From positions 27,599,800 through 27,663,799 of the forward strand of contig JARFYF010000058.1 of the NCBI GenBank assembly GCA_030265395.1: 64,000 bases of DNA. Reading direction: 5' to 3'. The position numbers were made by a program, and so were the translations under genes. The first letter of the stretch is position 1; the number at the start of each line of letters is the position of its first letter. The notes beneath the pieces were generated by a model. The model ran no database searches, was not told where the DNA came from, and saw nothing but the letters and a program-made list of their open reading frames with translations. Source of the DNA: Rhina ancylostomus (lineage: Eukaryota). Of the stretch, positions 13,296-26,370 are shown piece by piece.

Positions 13296-16200
13296 TGATG
13301 CACACATGTGCTGGATTTAACACACATACATTTCCACATGTGCAGGTATAAGATGCATGCATACACACATTCGAATAAAAATACAGATGAAGAGCCATAC
13401 TATATCCAAACTCTAATCTGCATGCATTTCCTACCTGTGTTCTCTTCCAATGCCCATTTTTATTGGATCACACACTTTTATGGTTTCTTTAAACAATCTT
13501 AAATTATCAAGATATTCAGGCCATTAAATACAATGTTTTACTAAAAAAGTGCTATAAGATTTATCAGTGACCATTTTTTAACTATTGAGAATTGAAATAA
13601 CCAAACATTACCAAAACTGTTTAAAATTACTCAAAGCTTTTCCTTATACCTTAACGTCTCAGAGGTGCAGATGGAAAATATATAAAGATAAGTTTTCTTT
13701 TCTCATGTTTCTTTGATTTAGTGCAAAGGTTATTTAAACTCGAAGGCTGACAACCCCTTTATTTCAGGAAGATGTGGAGAAGGAGGGGGGGGGTGGGGTG
13801 AGCAGCAGATTTAAGATGACCAGAACCAGAACTGGCACAGATTCAGTGATTCCTTTCATTTCAATGGACAGTAATGTTTCTGAGAGAGAGAAACAAATGT
13901 CAAGTCATTTACATTTTTGAATGAATTAAGTTAACAAATATATTTAAATGTTGTCTTGTGGGTTTAGTTTATATTTTAATATTAATTTTTAAATATGTTT
14001 AAAGTTTTAAAATATGTTTAAAATATGATTATTTTAATAGTATTGATATGTATTTTACAAACATTCAAAGAGTTCTGATAAACAGTTCTGCCTGGAGCAT
14101 GGCTTAGCTGATTATCAAAGCTCTGCAGGACCTTGCAGTTCAGGATCCAACTTCAGGAACTGGATGGCATTCTGGAGTCAGTGTCTGCCTGTCATGAAAG
14201 TCACTGTTCGGTAATGGCAACTGTACTGGGGCTTCACCCAGCCTAAAGGTGCTGGATGTAAATGTGGGTAAGGGTGGAATATGTGGGCGGCTCGCTGCTC
14301 ACCAAAGCAGGACAGGCAGAAATGTGCGGTGAGCTGTATTTTGGGCACCATGGGACTTTGAAGAGGTTGAATGCATGAATTGGACTGAGGGATGGTAGAA
14401 ATGGAGGAAGAGCAACAGCTGAGAGCTCTGTTTTATTCAAAACTCTGAGTAGAAAATGTTACCAATGGTTTTAATTTTTCATTGTTGGCCTACAACAGAT
14501 GTGGGAAAAATGACTTTGAAAAGAGAAGGGAACATGAAAGACACATTAAAGGGAAACCAGAAAAAGACCAAGAGGAATAAGGAATGGACAGAAAGGTTAA
14601 ATTACCAAAGTACAATGCTGTGAATGCTGGAAATTGGGAACAACTCTCACCCTTTCTCCCCATTAACTCTGCTGCCTGAACTGCTGACAATTTCCAGCTA
14701 TTTCTATATTTGCATATGAAAGACCATATTTTCTGAAATGTAGCTCTTTGTAAGAGACATCCATGTGCATTGTATACATATGCACAGATACAATGGACAC
14801 ACACGGCCAGACATATATATTGGTATGATATAAACACAGATGGTACATAATCTAACCCTACTAAACAAACAAACATGTAAACTGGCAGGCAGGAACAAAA
14901 CAGTTGGTTCATCAAACCTGTTCCATCTCCATGGTGAAAGGAGAACCATGATCCCACTTCACTTTCCCCCACCCCCACTAATTCCTCCTAAATGTGTGAT
15001 CTTTCAGAGGAGAGAAGCTCAGGGCACAGAAGAGAAATAAAAATCGGGAAAGTACCACTTCAGCCTCTTGAATTGATCAATACCAGTCCCTGAGGTCTCA
15101 AGGAACATGTGCTCTGAGCTTATTATCTATAAATCTATGAGTAATAATAGCTACATAGAATACCCTAGACATTGTTATGGTGATACATGCATATCCCATA
15201 TGCACATTGCACAGGAGATACTTTTAAACCACATACATACAAAACAGGAATATGTATAAAAAATAATTCATACAGCCCCCAAACATAAAGATAAACTGGA
15301 CAAACAGACATAGCAAGATATCTTTATACATTATGTGCTATGTTTCTAGATAGTGGCAATGTATTTTCTAGTCTGTTCCTTTATGGAGCCTTATGGTAGT
15401 AAATGTTAGCTACCTTGAAGGGCAACTCAAAGCTGGAGACCGGACAGGTTACTGAAACAGATGCAGTTTTTTGCTGGACCAGATTAGATTCAATACCAGA
15501 CAGTGCAATATTCTGATTACTCGCCATCAATCATTAAAACTTTGAATTTAAGAAATAAAGTTTGAATTAGTAGAGAGAAAAATGACACAACCAGAAATTC
15601 AGGATAGAATCCTAGTGCCATAGTAAGCGTTTAAACTGTCAGCAAAGTTGCTTAAATAATTCTTAGAGTTGTGTTGAAGCAACAATAACACGACAATTGC
15701 TTAAAGCTACGTTGAGCCTCTACCGAGCACCTGAATTCGTTCCCTTACTAAAGCGACCCTAGTGCTGCAGTTTCTGAAGTGGGAAGTGGTTCTCGTGCTA
15801 AAACAGAGGGTGTGAGAGCTGGCAGAGTGAGACGTGGTGACTGGGTTAATTGGAAAGGCTGGGCTCCATTCCGTCTTTCCTTACTGCACAGTTCAAGAAC
15901 AGCTGATCACGGAGTTTGCTTGGAATCCACTTGGAGTTTGCTTGATTAGTATTTGGACAGTTTGACCCCATCGTTAGCGAAGGTGTTTATGTTTAATGAT
16001 TANNNNNNNNNNNNNNNNNNNNNNNNNNNNNNNNNNNNNNNNNNNNNNNNNNNNNNNNNNNNNNNNNNNNNNNNNNNNNNNNNNNNNNNNNNNNNNNNNN
16101 NNAATAAGAAGTTATGTTTAATGATTAAAAATAACTCACACTAACCACGATAAAATAAGCAATTCCACCGATGGATGGCCCCAAACAGTGAAGTTCACAA

Positions 16201-18029
16201 TCTTGCAAACCATGACGCTTTCTCTTTTGAGTTAACACCCCTTTTATATGTATATAAAAAAGTAATCTCAGTGACGTATCAAACGGAAGTTTGAAGATGT
16301 GAAGTTCGCAGGCGGCCAGTCTGAGATGTTACTGAGTGATTAGTTCCGAGTTAGGCCAAAAGTGTAACCTGTTGCTATTGTGGCCGTCACTTTCCACCTG
16401 GCTAGGGACAGAACAACTCCACAATAACCACGCTGTATTTCCAAAGGAAATAATGATGGTTGTGTACCAAGGAACGAATTCCAAACAATCTAATGCAGGT
16501 TCTATGTGCCTGGTTTAAGAGGTGTGACAGAGTGAAAAATCAAATGGTGATCGGTGCCACCAGTGTAAGAGAGAAAGATTTTAAAATGAGAATTGCTGAA
16601 ACGAATAACATCACAAGCTTTACTATTGTTAACTAAAAATTGTTTTTAAAACAATTCTTAAGGTAAACAAAATGTGTCACCCGTGTGCGCGTCAGGATAA
16701 GCAGACCACGATCTGCCTCCACTATCACTCCTCTGTCACATTGCTTCCCCTCACTCAACACTTACAGCTTCACCGTATTTATTTCTTCCTGACGGCGCTC
16801 GGCTGCTCATCTTGGTTTTGATATTTTTGTTTGCAATCTGATTAATCGTTTTTTTATATGGCTGCAAAATGCCGCAAGAGGCGAAATTATTAAACCAATG
16901 CAGGGAACTGAACGTACGAGCTTTTAGTTTGGTTTGTGTACAGGGCGTCGCCTGACCGGTTGTAGATCCTAGCTTGGGAGAGAGATATAGGCACTGCTGT
17001 GGCCCAGAGTTTTCACAGTCTCTGAGAGTATTCTCTCTCGACTCTGATTACTCAACTGGAGTCCTTGAGCTCTCCTCTCGGTACAACCCTACCCAGAATA
17101 ACACCTCGATTCTAAATTACGTTAGTTCTAGGAGAGTCACTGGTAAAATTCACAGGACACCATATAATCCAAGTGGGACCGATTGATGTCAGATCCCACT
17201 TGACAATCATTTTAATTATTTTTATCGTTGAATGCTTGTAGTGAAGTGCTCACCAATACGTAATTAGCATTTATGTACCACTGCGGCCAAGTGAGATCCA
17301 ACACTAAACGTATTGATTTTGTTCTAGGAGTGAGAGGGGGCAATGGTTGCGAATTTACAGATGAAGACTGCAACATTATCCTCGTTTCAGTCCCATCATG
17401 TAACCCGAGCCCTCCCTAACAGGTGAGGGCTCCGATTATACTCTTAATTCACGTGGCAAGCAGCAGTGCCCTGCGTGTATAACCTTTTGCAATCAGGATA
17501 TTTAAACATTATTTATTTACGTTTCGATTTCAATTTGATGTTCTTGGATTATATTTTGCTACCATGCTACATGTGACAAGATATTTCAATGAGGGACCAT
17601 AATTCTTCTTAATCAAGTATATCTGGTAATGACTTTTTTTTCTAATCCGTCTAGGAATCCGTTCAGACGTCCTACATGTTCTGTGAGGTTAGTCTTGATT
17701 CCTTTGGGCACACTCTCTGATGCTATTAACAGTCAAGCATAAATCACATTGCTCTCCCTCCGGCTCTGTATCAGGCTCGGGTTCACTTTTCTCATTTTCT
17801 CCCTTGTAATATGACAACGTGCTTCAAGTCTTTGCTTGATACAACATTGCTGAGCTTCAGAGTCTGTCGCTTGCAACTGAGTAGATTATTTGGGGTATGT
17901 CTGAGAGAAAGAGGATGATACAAACACACACACACATACACACACACGCGCGCGTTTTTCTGAACAAGTGTTTAAGGTTGTTAAATGAGAATTGCTTCTC
18001 TCACTCAGTCACACATACACAGAGATATA

Positions 18030-18036
<7 letters not shown>

Positions 18037-18100
<64 letters not shown>
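18037..18100. repeat. (TG)n microsatellite, ~32 units
   Basis: Seen directly. Confidence 0.98.
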
Positions 18101-18103
<3 letters not shown>

Positions 18104-21100
18104 CAGGGTACATTATTAGGTAAATGTTTGACTGGGAATTTGAATACAGAAACACGCCAACATATAAGTAGGTACACGGGTCGGTGAATAAGCAAATAGG
18201 TAAGTGAATTGTTACATTGGCAGACAGATTAAACGGATAATAGGTATATGGACATTTGGACACACGCAGATAGTGAGACACATAGGGATGGGACTGGCTG
18301 GAGGAACACCCAGTTGCAATACCGCATATGGCAGAGGTGGGAATCGTTATTTGTTGCCAAGGATTATCTCTGCAGCCCCATTAACCCCCGAGCCACCAAG
18401 AAGGTGACATAGATCGGAGATGCTTTACTTGGTGTGACAAGCATATATTTATCTCTGCTCGTTTCAAAACAAAACCCCACTGATGTCAACGCCAACAGTA
18501 CGCATGATGTCTTCTTCTAATGAACATAATACTAGACCGGCTACAATTAGTAAGAATCACGTCCTCGCTCTCCTTCCTCCTCACACCTCCCCAGCCACAA
18601 AAACAGAACTACCGAGTTCATAAAATCCACATTAACGACGTGCGGAAAATAGAACTGCAGGAACCCGCCTAAAAGAGCTTCTGGGTGACAGCTTCGATAA
18701 CTGCCCGAGATGATTTACATCACACTGAACAATGTTTTACAGCTTTTAACCGCAAATAGCTGGCACGTTTGCGATGTTGACTGAGCGCTGTCGCTTCTGG
18801 GCTTCTCTCTTTTTTTCCGTTCTCTCTCTCCACCGCCTACCGCCCCCCCCCCCCCCGCTATTTTTGCAAGTGAGTTCGTTTTCAGCCAAATCCCGGCTCT
18901 GCAACCTACTATCAATTAGTGACGAGCGCTACAATCTCCTCCCTGGGAGTCCTGTGCCCCGCAGTCAGAAATGCATTCGACAATCACTAAAGTCGAATTC
19001 CATTCCATTCCATCGAGAACATGTTGGTGTCGGATAGCCAGGTTGCCAGAACACACGAGGGCAAACGTCTCTTCGTCTCTTTAGCAGATTGCAAGAGAAA
19101 GCAAAGTGAACCTTGTAGACAGAGGATAATCAAATACTGGAACAAAACAGTTGATTTAAACATTGCATTGTTTTTTATTCCCTGCAGGATTGTTGTTGGT
19201 GGATTTATATGTTCCGTCTAACCCCGATTTGACATTTGTTATGTTAAAGTGTATGACTACAATTCCGATCAATCTCTATTTGATTTAATTGCAGTCTATT
19301 TAACTGGAGTTAATGATTCACCCTCATGGCGTTGCAAAGGCGATCACAGTGCTTATGTATATATAATAGCACATTGAATTAGCAGGGGCATATAGAGTGG
19401 GGGTAGGGTGGGATAGGATGAGTAGGCGCCACTCCTTTCGGAGGATTAATTAACCAACCAGTATTATTTCTCATTCAGGACTTTTGTGTCACTGCAGGAT
19501 CATTTGGGCAGCGAATATTTCACCAAATTCGGGAACTACNNNNNNNNNNTGAAATAGGATATCTCCCCAGTTCGTGCGAGCGTGCTGAAAAGCATTTTGG
19601 CGGATATTATAAACGATAATATAGCATCGGTCTTGGATTAAATAGAATTTCCAGAAATTAGTCACTGTCTTCGAGTTCAGGTATATATTAAAAATGAGCA
19701 TATTTACCGTTAGAATAAGCTCACAATAAAAGGAACTAACTTTCCGTCTTAAGTTATTTCTCGTACTTCCCAGAATGTCTTCTCGCAGAGATTGTTAATC
19801 TATATTTCCCAATCAAAATAATGTTGTCTGTTTTAGATCTTATCACCAGCATTTTCTGTTTCTGTTTTAAGAGTGGTATTTACACACACAGCTGACACGT
19901 TCAGAGTGGTTGGGTGGCGGGTTGGGGGCGGCGAGTGGGTGGCGAGGGTTCATTTCTCTGCTGCAAGAATCGTCGGCCAGACAGCTGATGGTTTGGTGAA
20001 TTGGCCCCCGTTTCCAAACAGCATCAGGTTTGCAAAAATGCTGGTTTAAATTATTGTGGTTTCCTCCTTTTTCTGTTTGGTACAACAAAATAGTTAATAA
20101 CGAATTGCTCACAGTCCACGTCCTTATACGCATTGCATCAAAGGTAGTTTCTATATTCACACATTTGAAAATATTGTATGCCAATTTCCACACTGACAAA
20201 AGTAAACTATTATCCAAACTTCACTGTGACAATGGACAACTTTAATGTTATTTAACAAATCTTCCAGCTGTTTGAACTCGTCAATTATTTTTACTGAGTG
20301 CACTTGAACATTAACGTGTGCACAAGATATGGATTGATAAACTGCAGGCAACTCATTACTGGGGATTAACCCACCATCATTTACACTTAATTCAAAGAAC
20401 CTTCATTCGAAACCTCTGCTAATGCAGTTTCTATTCCACAAGTTGGCACTCTGATGTGATACTTATCAACTAATTGGATAATTATTTTATCACAGAAATG
20501 TTTTAAATGTTCATGTACAGTCCCCCTTGGGCGTTTGTTCATGTTTGAATCTTTGGTTTCAGGAAGATCCAGAAAGTACCGGTGAGAGAATTTTAATGTA
20601 GTCAATCACTTTTTGGGGGCGGGTGGGGGCGGCGGTGGTGGAGGGGGTTAGTGGGGAGGCGAGAGTTCAAAACGTCCACTCTGCTTTCTTCGAACACGTG
20701 GTTTCAGACAATCATCCTTGTTTAATTTTAGGATCATGTCCGCAGACTCCAACACCAGGGTAGATACCCCAAAACTCCTTTAAACGCCCTCCCTTAATAT
20801 TCTGTTTTCAAGGGAACACGTCTGGTCCACACTGTCCTCTCAGTTTAATCCTTGTCCACTGTCGCACATTGTCATCCGTGAACCCTTCCCCCGTTTGGTC
20901 TTGACTCTTTCCTTGTTCATTTATCTACAAACTTTTATACGGTTGAAACTGAGACATTTGGATGTTTATGACCCTAACCTTGACTATCTCTCAGTGAGGA
21001 AGCCTCCTTTGCTCAGTATCTGTGGCCACAGCAAGGCTAACGTTTATTCACTGTGCTCATTCCACCGCACGAATGTTAGTTGCTTCTTATTTAGCAATTC

Positions 21101-21280
21101 CCTTAAACTATCTGGCTTGAACTAAATGTTGCCCCGTATGGGATTTTGCAGAACGTGTATGAGGCTGGGTAAGTGCACGTGACCATGGCCCTTGTATAGA
21201 AACATGAATTCAGTACATTACAGCTATCTGTGGAGAGTACCAGCCTTATTATAACTTTCAAAGGGACAAAAAGACAGCAA

Positions 21281-21700
21281 AGCTCTAATGACAGCGTTTA
21301 GACTTGAACCAGTAACTTTGTTCGTCTCTCCACAGATGTTCCTAAACTGTTAAAGCGTTTTCAAATATTTTCTGTTTTCTTTTAATTTCTGTAAATGTAG
21401 TATGTTGCATGGTAACAACTTATGTCGCATAATCCCACTCAGTGCAAAGATATTCGGTGCCTTTGCCTGTTACCTTGGGCAAAAGGAAAATACTACATTT
21501 AATCAGAATCGGAATCAGGTTTATTATCACTGACTTAACAGAAAATGTTTGTAAGCGTTTAACAGGTAAGGCACCTCTGTGGAGAGACGAACGGAGTTAA
21601 TGGGTCCGGTCTAAACGCTATCATTAGAACCCTGTTCCTTTTAGAACTGTGATTCTCTCTTCACAGATGTTGCCTGACATGTTGAGTACTTTCAAAATTT
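21281..21700. mobile_element. Inverted pair of Penelope-terminus-derived arms (21281-21377 / 21537-21630) plus a further arm
   Basis: ctaatga-agcgtttagac...ttcgtctctccacaga...attttctgtt present on + and again on -. Confidence 0.75.
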
Positions 21701-23169
21701 CCTCTTCATAGTTGTCAATTTTATTGGATTGGTAATAATTCGAAAAAAATATTTTAACCACTATATCTGTGATGTGTTGTGCCGAGCCAAGGTTACCTGC
21801 AGTGGGATGTCACCACTTGCCCAGGTCCCCTTAAGCCCACACATACACGAGTTGCCCATTTGTCAGTTATCGAGCGAGTGTCACACGTGCTCAATAATAT
21901 TCTTTTGACAAAGCAATGCGTTCTATTCAGTCCCGCATGGTGATCAGAGCGAAGAGCTTCTGCACATGCAGTGAACATATGAGAAATCGCCACTTCCAGA
22001 GATGTGGAGATGATGTACTCTTTTCCAAGGGGTCCACCGAGGGCGGGAGAAACTGTGTACCAAAGCGCCGCCACTGTTCTGCAAAATTCCATATTGGGAG
22101 TTGGAGGGGAAGTGGTTGTCGGCAAGTTGAAAGAAAGGAGCAGGAAAGAAAGGAATGTATAAATGGAGCTAGAGGAGAGTGGGAGTAAGATTGGGTATAT
22201 CATAAACACTTGCTGTTTCGCCGAACTTACTCCATTCTGTGCTACAATATTCTATCCAGTCCTGTGTAATGGCCGGGGCTGAAATGCCTGAATGGTTGTA
22301 TGGTCAGAGTTTGGCTTGATATGAAAAAACAGCAGATAACAACTTTCAATAAAATGCAACGATATTTTAATACAAAGGTCCTTAGAGTTGCAGGGGAATA
22401 AATCAGAGAATCCCCTTGATGTAAAGTGAGTGGATGGACTCCAGAAACAACTTTATTATTTTTGAGGGAGGGATTGCGGTGGGGGGGGGGGGGGAGGAGG
22501 GCGGTTGGAAGAGAAGTTACAAATAATTGAAGGACTGGTAGGGGTTGTGATTATTTGTAAATTGTGGGATCGTTCGATTCAGATTTCGTTGTATTGTTAA
22601 ATGGTCATTTTGAGATTATTTTTGAGAGAGGAAAATATTCTGACAAGAGGTCTGTAAGGACGGGAATGGTGTTTTATCATGTCCGAAGGACCTGCAAGAG
22701 CACACACTGAAGTCCACAAACAATAAATTAAAGCAAACCGGTTGAGTTATTTCATTTAACATAGTGAGAGGTTAATGTTGCCGCAATACTGGGCCAACTC
22801 TTTGCCTCTTCAGGTGGTGTCTCGTCCGAGTAGGCAGAGGGAGCTTCCATTCACCTCCTCATGTGAAGGACGATGGTTTGCACCATGCAGTCCTCCATGA
22901 GGGTTAGAAGAATAACCGGAATGCGGCAAAATCATGAAAAATACAGAGGAGGAGCTGGGTGGTGTTGGAACTGTGGACTGAGAGCGGGAAGAACGTTGGT
23001 GAAAGAAGAGAAAACGGTTCTGATCATTGATGGGAGATAGGGAGATTGGGAAGGAAGGTTAGGAAGGGCATGAGGATGTTTTAATAGTTTTTTTTGGTGG
23101 GTACTAAACCCGAGGTGAATTTTAACATCCGATGAAACCTCTCCATATTTTGTAAGAGGAGGGGTACAG

Positions 23170-23330
23170 AAAAGGATGTAATTTACATCGCATGTGTCTC
23201 GTCCTCAGGGAATCCCACAGACATTCAAAACAACGAAGATTTAGTTTTGGTTTAGTAGCAGTTCAATTTTAGGCAAAGTGGCAGCTAATTTGCAAACAGT
23301 ACAAACTTGTCAAGGAACCACTTAGCAAAC
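23170..23330 (-). mobile_element. DeuSINE (SacSINE1-like) 3' remnant
   Basis: cctcagggaatcccacag...aggcaaagtggcagctaatttgcaaacag resembles the antisense Deu domain/tail seen at 48370-48530 and 55258-55430. Confidence 0.5.
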
Positions 23331-25789
23331 ATTCGGGTCTTATTAATAGTGTGTAAACACATCGATGGTGAGTTGGATAAGTACAATATCCAACCTGTGT
23401 TAAATAAGTTGTGTAATAAGGGAAAAACGAATGTCGTCCAAAAACACTATGTAATCTAAATATACAGTAATACAAAAACAATGACTAACAATAAGCGATG
23501 TCACGCGTAATTGCATACAAAATCTTAAATACTTCACATTAACATTACTTTAGAGGGGGACGAATTTATAAACCAAAGCATAAATGCTGCTAATGTAATA
23601 TTTTCCATCGATAATCTTTTATATGTTATGTATTCCGTATTTTAATTGCATTTGTAGTCCTTACAGCAATGTGATGATTTGAGCAAATCCGTTTTTGTAC
23701 GTTCCCGTCCATCTCAATGCCACCCCTCCGGCCATCTACCCATTCCCCGACGCCTCCATATCGCTCCGCCCCCACCGTCCCCATCACCTGTGTCCCAGCA
23801 CACTCTGCCTTTGCGACAGTTGGTGTCTGGACAATTGGAGCTATTCTGACGCTTATTATCCTCGCCCTTAAATGTCTCTCAGTGCGGAAACATCCTTTGC
23901 TCAGTAATTCCGGTCATAACAAGGCTAACGCTTGTCCACCGTGCTCATTCCACTGCACTGATGTTACTCAGCCATTGCCTTAAAATATCTGGCTTGAACT
24001 GAGTGTTGTCTCGCACGGGTTTTGCACAATTTGTATAAGGCCGGACAAGTGATCTCAATGATATACAGGCTCCTTGAATAGAAATATTCATTCAGTACAT
24101 GCATCCTGACATGTACAGTCAAGCTCGTGCGTCAATGAACACATACATGTACACAGCCAAATGCACATGCACACGAGAACATGCAGACAAGTGCACGATA
24201 CGTGCAATCAGAAACATAAATGCAGGTGGGCATGCATAAACTATGTAGGTACACACACAAACACAGAGACATCCAGGTGCACGTATTTGCAGGCACACCT
24301 GAATTATAGCGCAGAGTATTGTTGTTCTTTTAAACAAGTGATAATATAAACATTTGTGTTACTGGGTCACAACAGAAAGAGGTAGCCAAAACATTAATGA
24401 ACTTTTAAGGTGCAAATTATGGCAATGCACATTTTGGTGATGTTCATAGACTTCCCGCATCTCTGACCAGGGGACAGATCCTTACACTCAATGGGCGTCG
24501 ATGCGCATTAATATTTGGAGGTTTCCTGGGTGAGTCACACAACACAATCACCANNNNNNNNNNNNNNGACGACTCATAGTAAATTTCACATAAATGAGGA
24601 ATGTTACTAAGTAATAGGAATGGCTACTTCGCAGCAAATATACAAGGAATATAGCCTTCAGCTTAGATGAGGCACAGAGTTTCCCTCTCACGCCTGATGA
24701 CATATGGTTGTTCCATGACACTGCCTTCCCCTGCACCTATGCACCCGAATGTTAGTTTAGCTGTACGGTCGCGCCATCGTATAAAAATCGATATTTTAGA
24801 AATGTTTTGAGTTTTTTTGACATAACTTTTGTGGTATTCCTGCAGGAATTTACTTATCTGTAAGTGCTTTCACTGAATCAAAATAAGTCAAGTTCTTGAA
24901 CATAGTAAATAATTTCTTCGGGAAGCAACAATCTCCTGGCGCAGGGTGAAGGATGTGTGTCACTTCTACCACGCCCCTGAAGATAATCCCAAACGGATTC
25001 CGAGAAAACACAATCCTTGGGAACGACACTCGCAAAAGTAACTTCATGATGGGCTTTCTGTTGCCACTTCTCAGAACAGGAAAAGGTAACTGAATGCCTT
25101 ACCTTTCTTGCTTAATAAGCACGCAATTGAAATAACGTGGATAAATAAATGTAGCAATTGCGTGTGTAAGATATCACATAGCGCACTTTCATGCCAATGT
25201 GCAAAGAGAACCTGGGGGACTTAGTGCAGTGTTCTCCAGTGACTGACTGACTATCTCTCTTTCTCTCTCTCTCTCCATTTCTATCATCATTCCATATCGC
25301 TAACACATTGATCACTTTGTGCATCTATTACCATGTCTATTAACTCCTGTTTTACTCAATGCCTCTATTTACTCAGTGCATCGTTCTCTACCTCTGCCCA
25401 AGGCTCCGTGGCTGACCCTAATCTCCTTCGACAAAGTCATAAGCCTGAAGACATTCACAATCGTTAATAATTTCATTCACGTGTACACACGCTCACACGC
25501 CCACATGTATTCAGGAATGTCTCTCGGGGACCTCTGTGACTCACGGAAAGCTGCTTCATTAGTTGTCCGAGTCCCGGTCAGAAATGGCAAGTCCTTTTTT
25601 TCCCAGAACTTTCCATAATGTTGAAAATAGGTATCTTCCCATCATGGCAGACCTTGCTCGAGTTAAATTATCGGGCAGTCACATGTGATCCCATCAGTTT
25701 CCTTGATACAGAGCTCATCATCTCATTAAAAACGAGGACAGTCTTCTGACAAATCTTATATATTAAATAAGATTACTTTTAATTTGTTG

Positions 25790-26370
25790 TTTGAATCATA
25801 GCGCTGAAGAAGGCCATTTGGGCCTTCGTGTTTGTGCTGGGGGTCTTTGCAGGAGATTACAATTACTGTGGTCCCATCTCCTACATTTCCCCCCTAGTTC
25901 GGCAACTCTCCCCCCTTCAAGAATAAATCCAATTCCCTTTCAAATAAATTGATGAATTTATCCTCACTAATTTTCAGGCAGGAGATTCCAGATCACGGGA
26001 ATCTTTTATTTCCTGTCTCATCCTTTTGCCAATGACCTCAGAATGATATCCTTTACCACAACCCCCAGCTTTCCCTAAGTGGGAACAATTCCTTTACACT
26101 CTCTTAGAAATTGGCCACGATTTAAAACATCCTCAATGAATCTCCTCTTAACCTTGTATGCTCAAAAGACATTGTTTCTTTGAGATAACACTTGGGGTAA
26201 CAGTATTCTCAAAACATTTAAGAAGTATCTAAACGACCAATGTATTGCCAAGGAATAGACGGCTACTGCCCAAGTGCCGGTAAATGGGATTAATATAGGT
26301 GGGTAGGGAGTCGGTATGAATATGGTGGGCTGAAGGGCCTGTTTCTGCGCTGTATAACTATCTATAACTT
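25790..26370. mobile_element. Two CR1 3' fragments in opposite orientation
   Basis: Minus-type gaaggccatttgggcc...caggcaggagattccagatc; plus-type tail gtgggctgaagggcctgtttctgcgctgtataactatctataact. Confidence 0.6.

Larger units (their letters stand above)
20940..24100 (+). repeat. Diverged ~280-bp direct repeat pair (20940-21218 and 23817-24100)
   Basis: Shared blocks tctctcagtg.ggaa, tcctttgctcagta, caaggctaacg, gtgctcattccac, tatctggcttgaact, ttcagtacat in the same order. Confidence 0.88.

Noticed and set aside
7880-14460. Weakly related AT-rich segments at ~8.3, 12.4, 13.9 and 51.8 kb
   Set aside because: Probably one very old repeat family, too degenerate to delimit or classify
14490-14978. 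162-aa minus-strand ORF in intron 1
   Set aside because: Partly from degenerate TG/TA repeats, no recognisable domain, no compatible donor at its end
19905-20670. Similar G-rich tracts at ~19.9 and ~20.6 kb, possible G-quadruplexes (also 3826-3877, 32593-32616)
   Set aside because: Low complexity; similarity and function cannot be supported by eye
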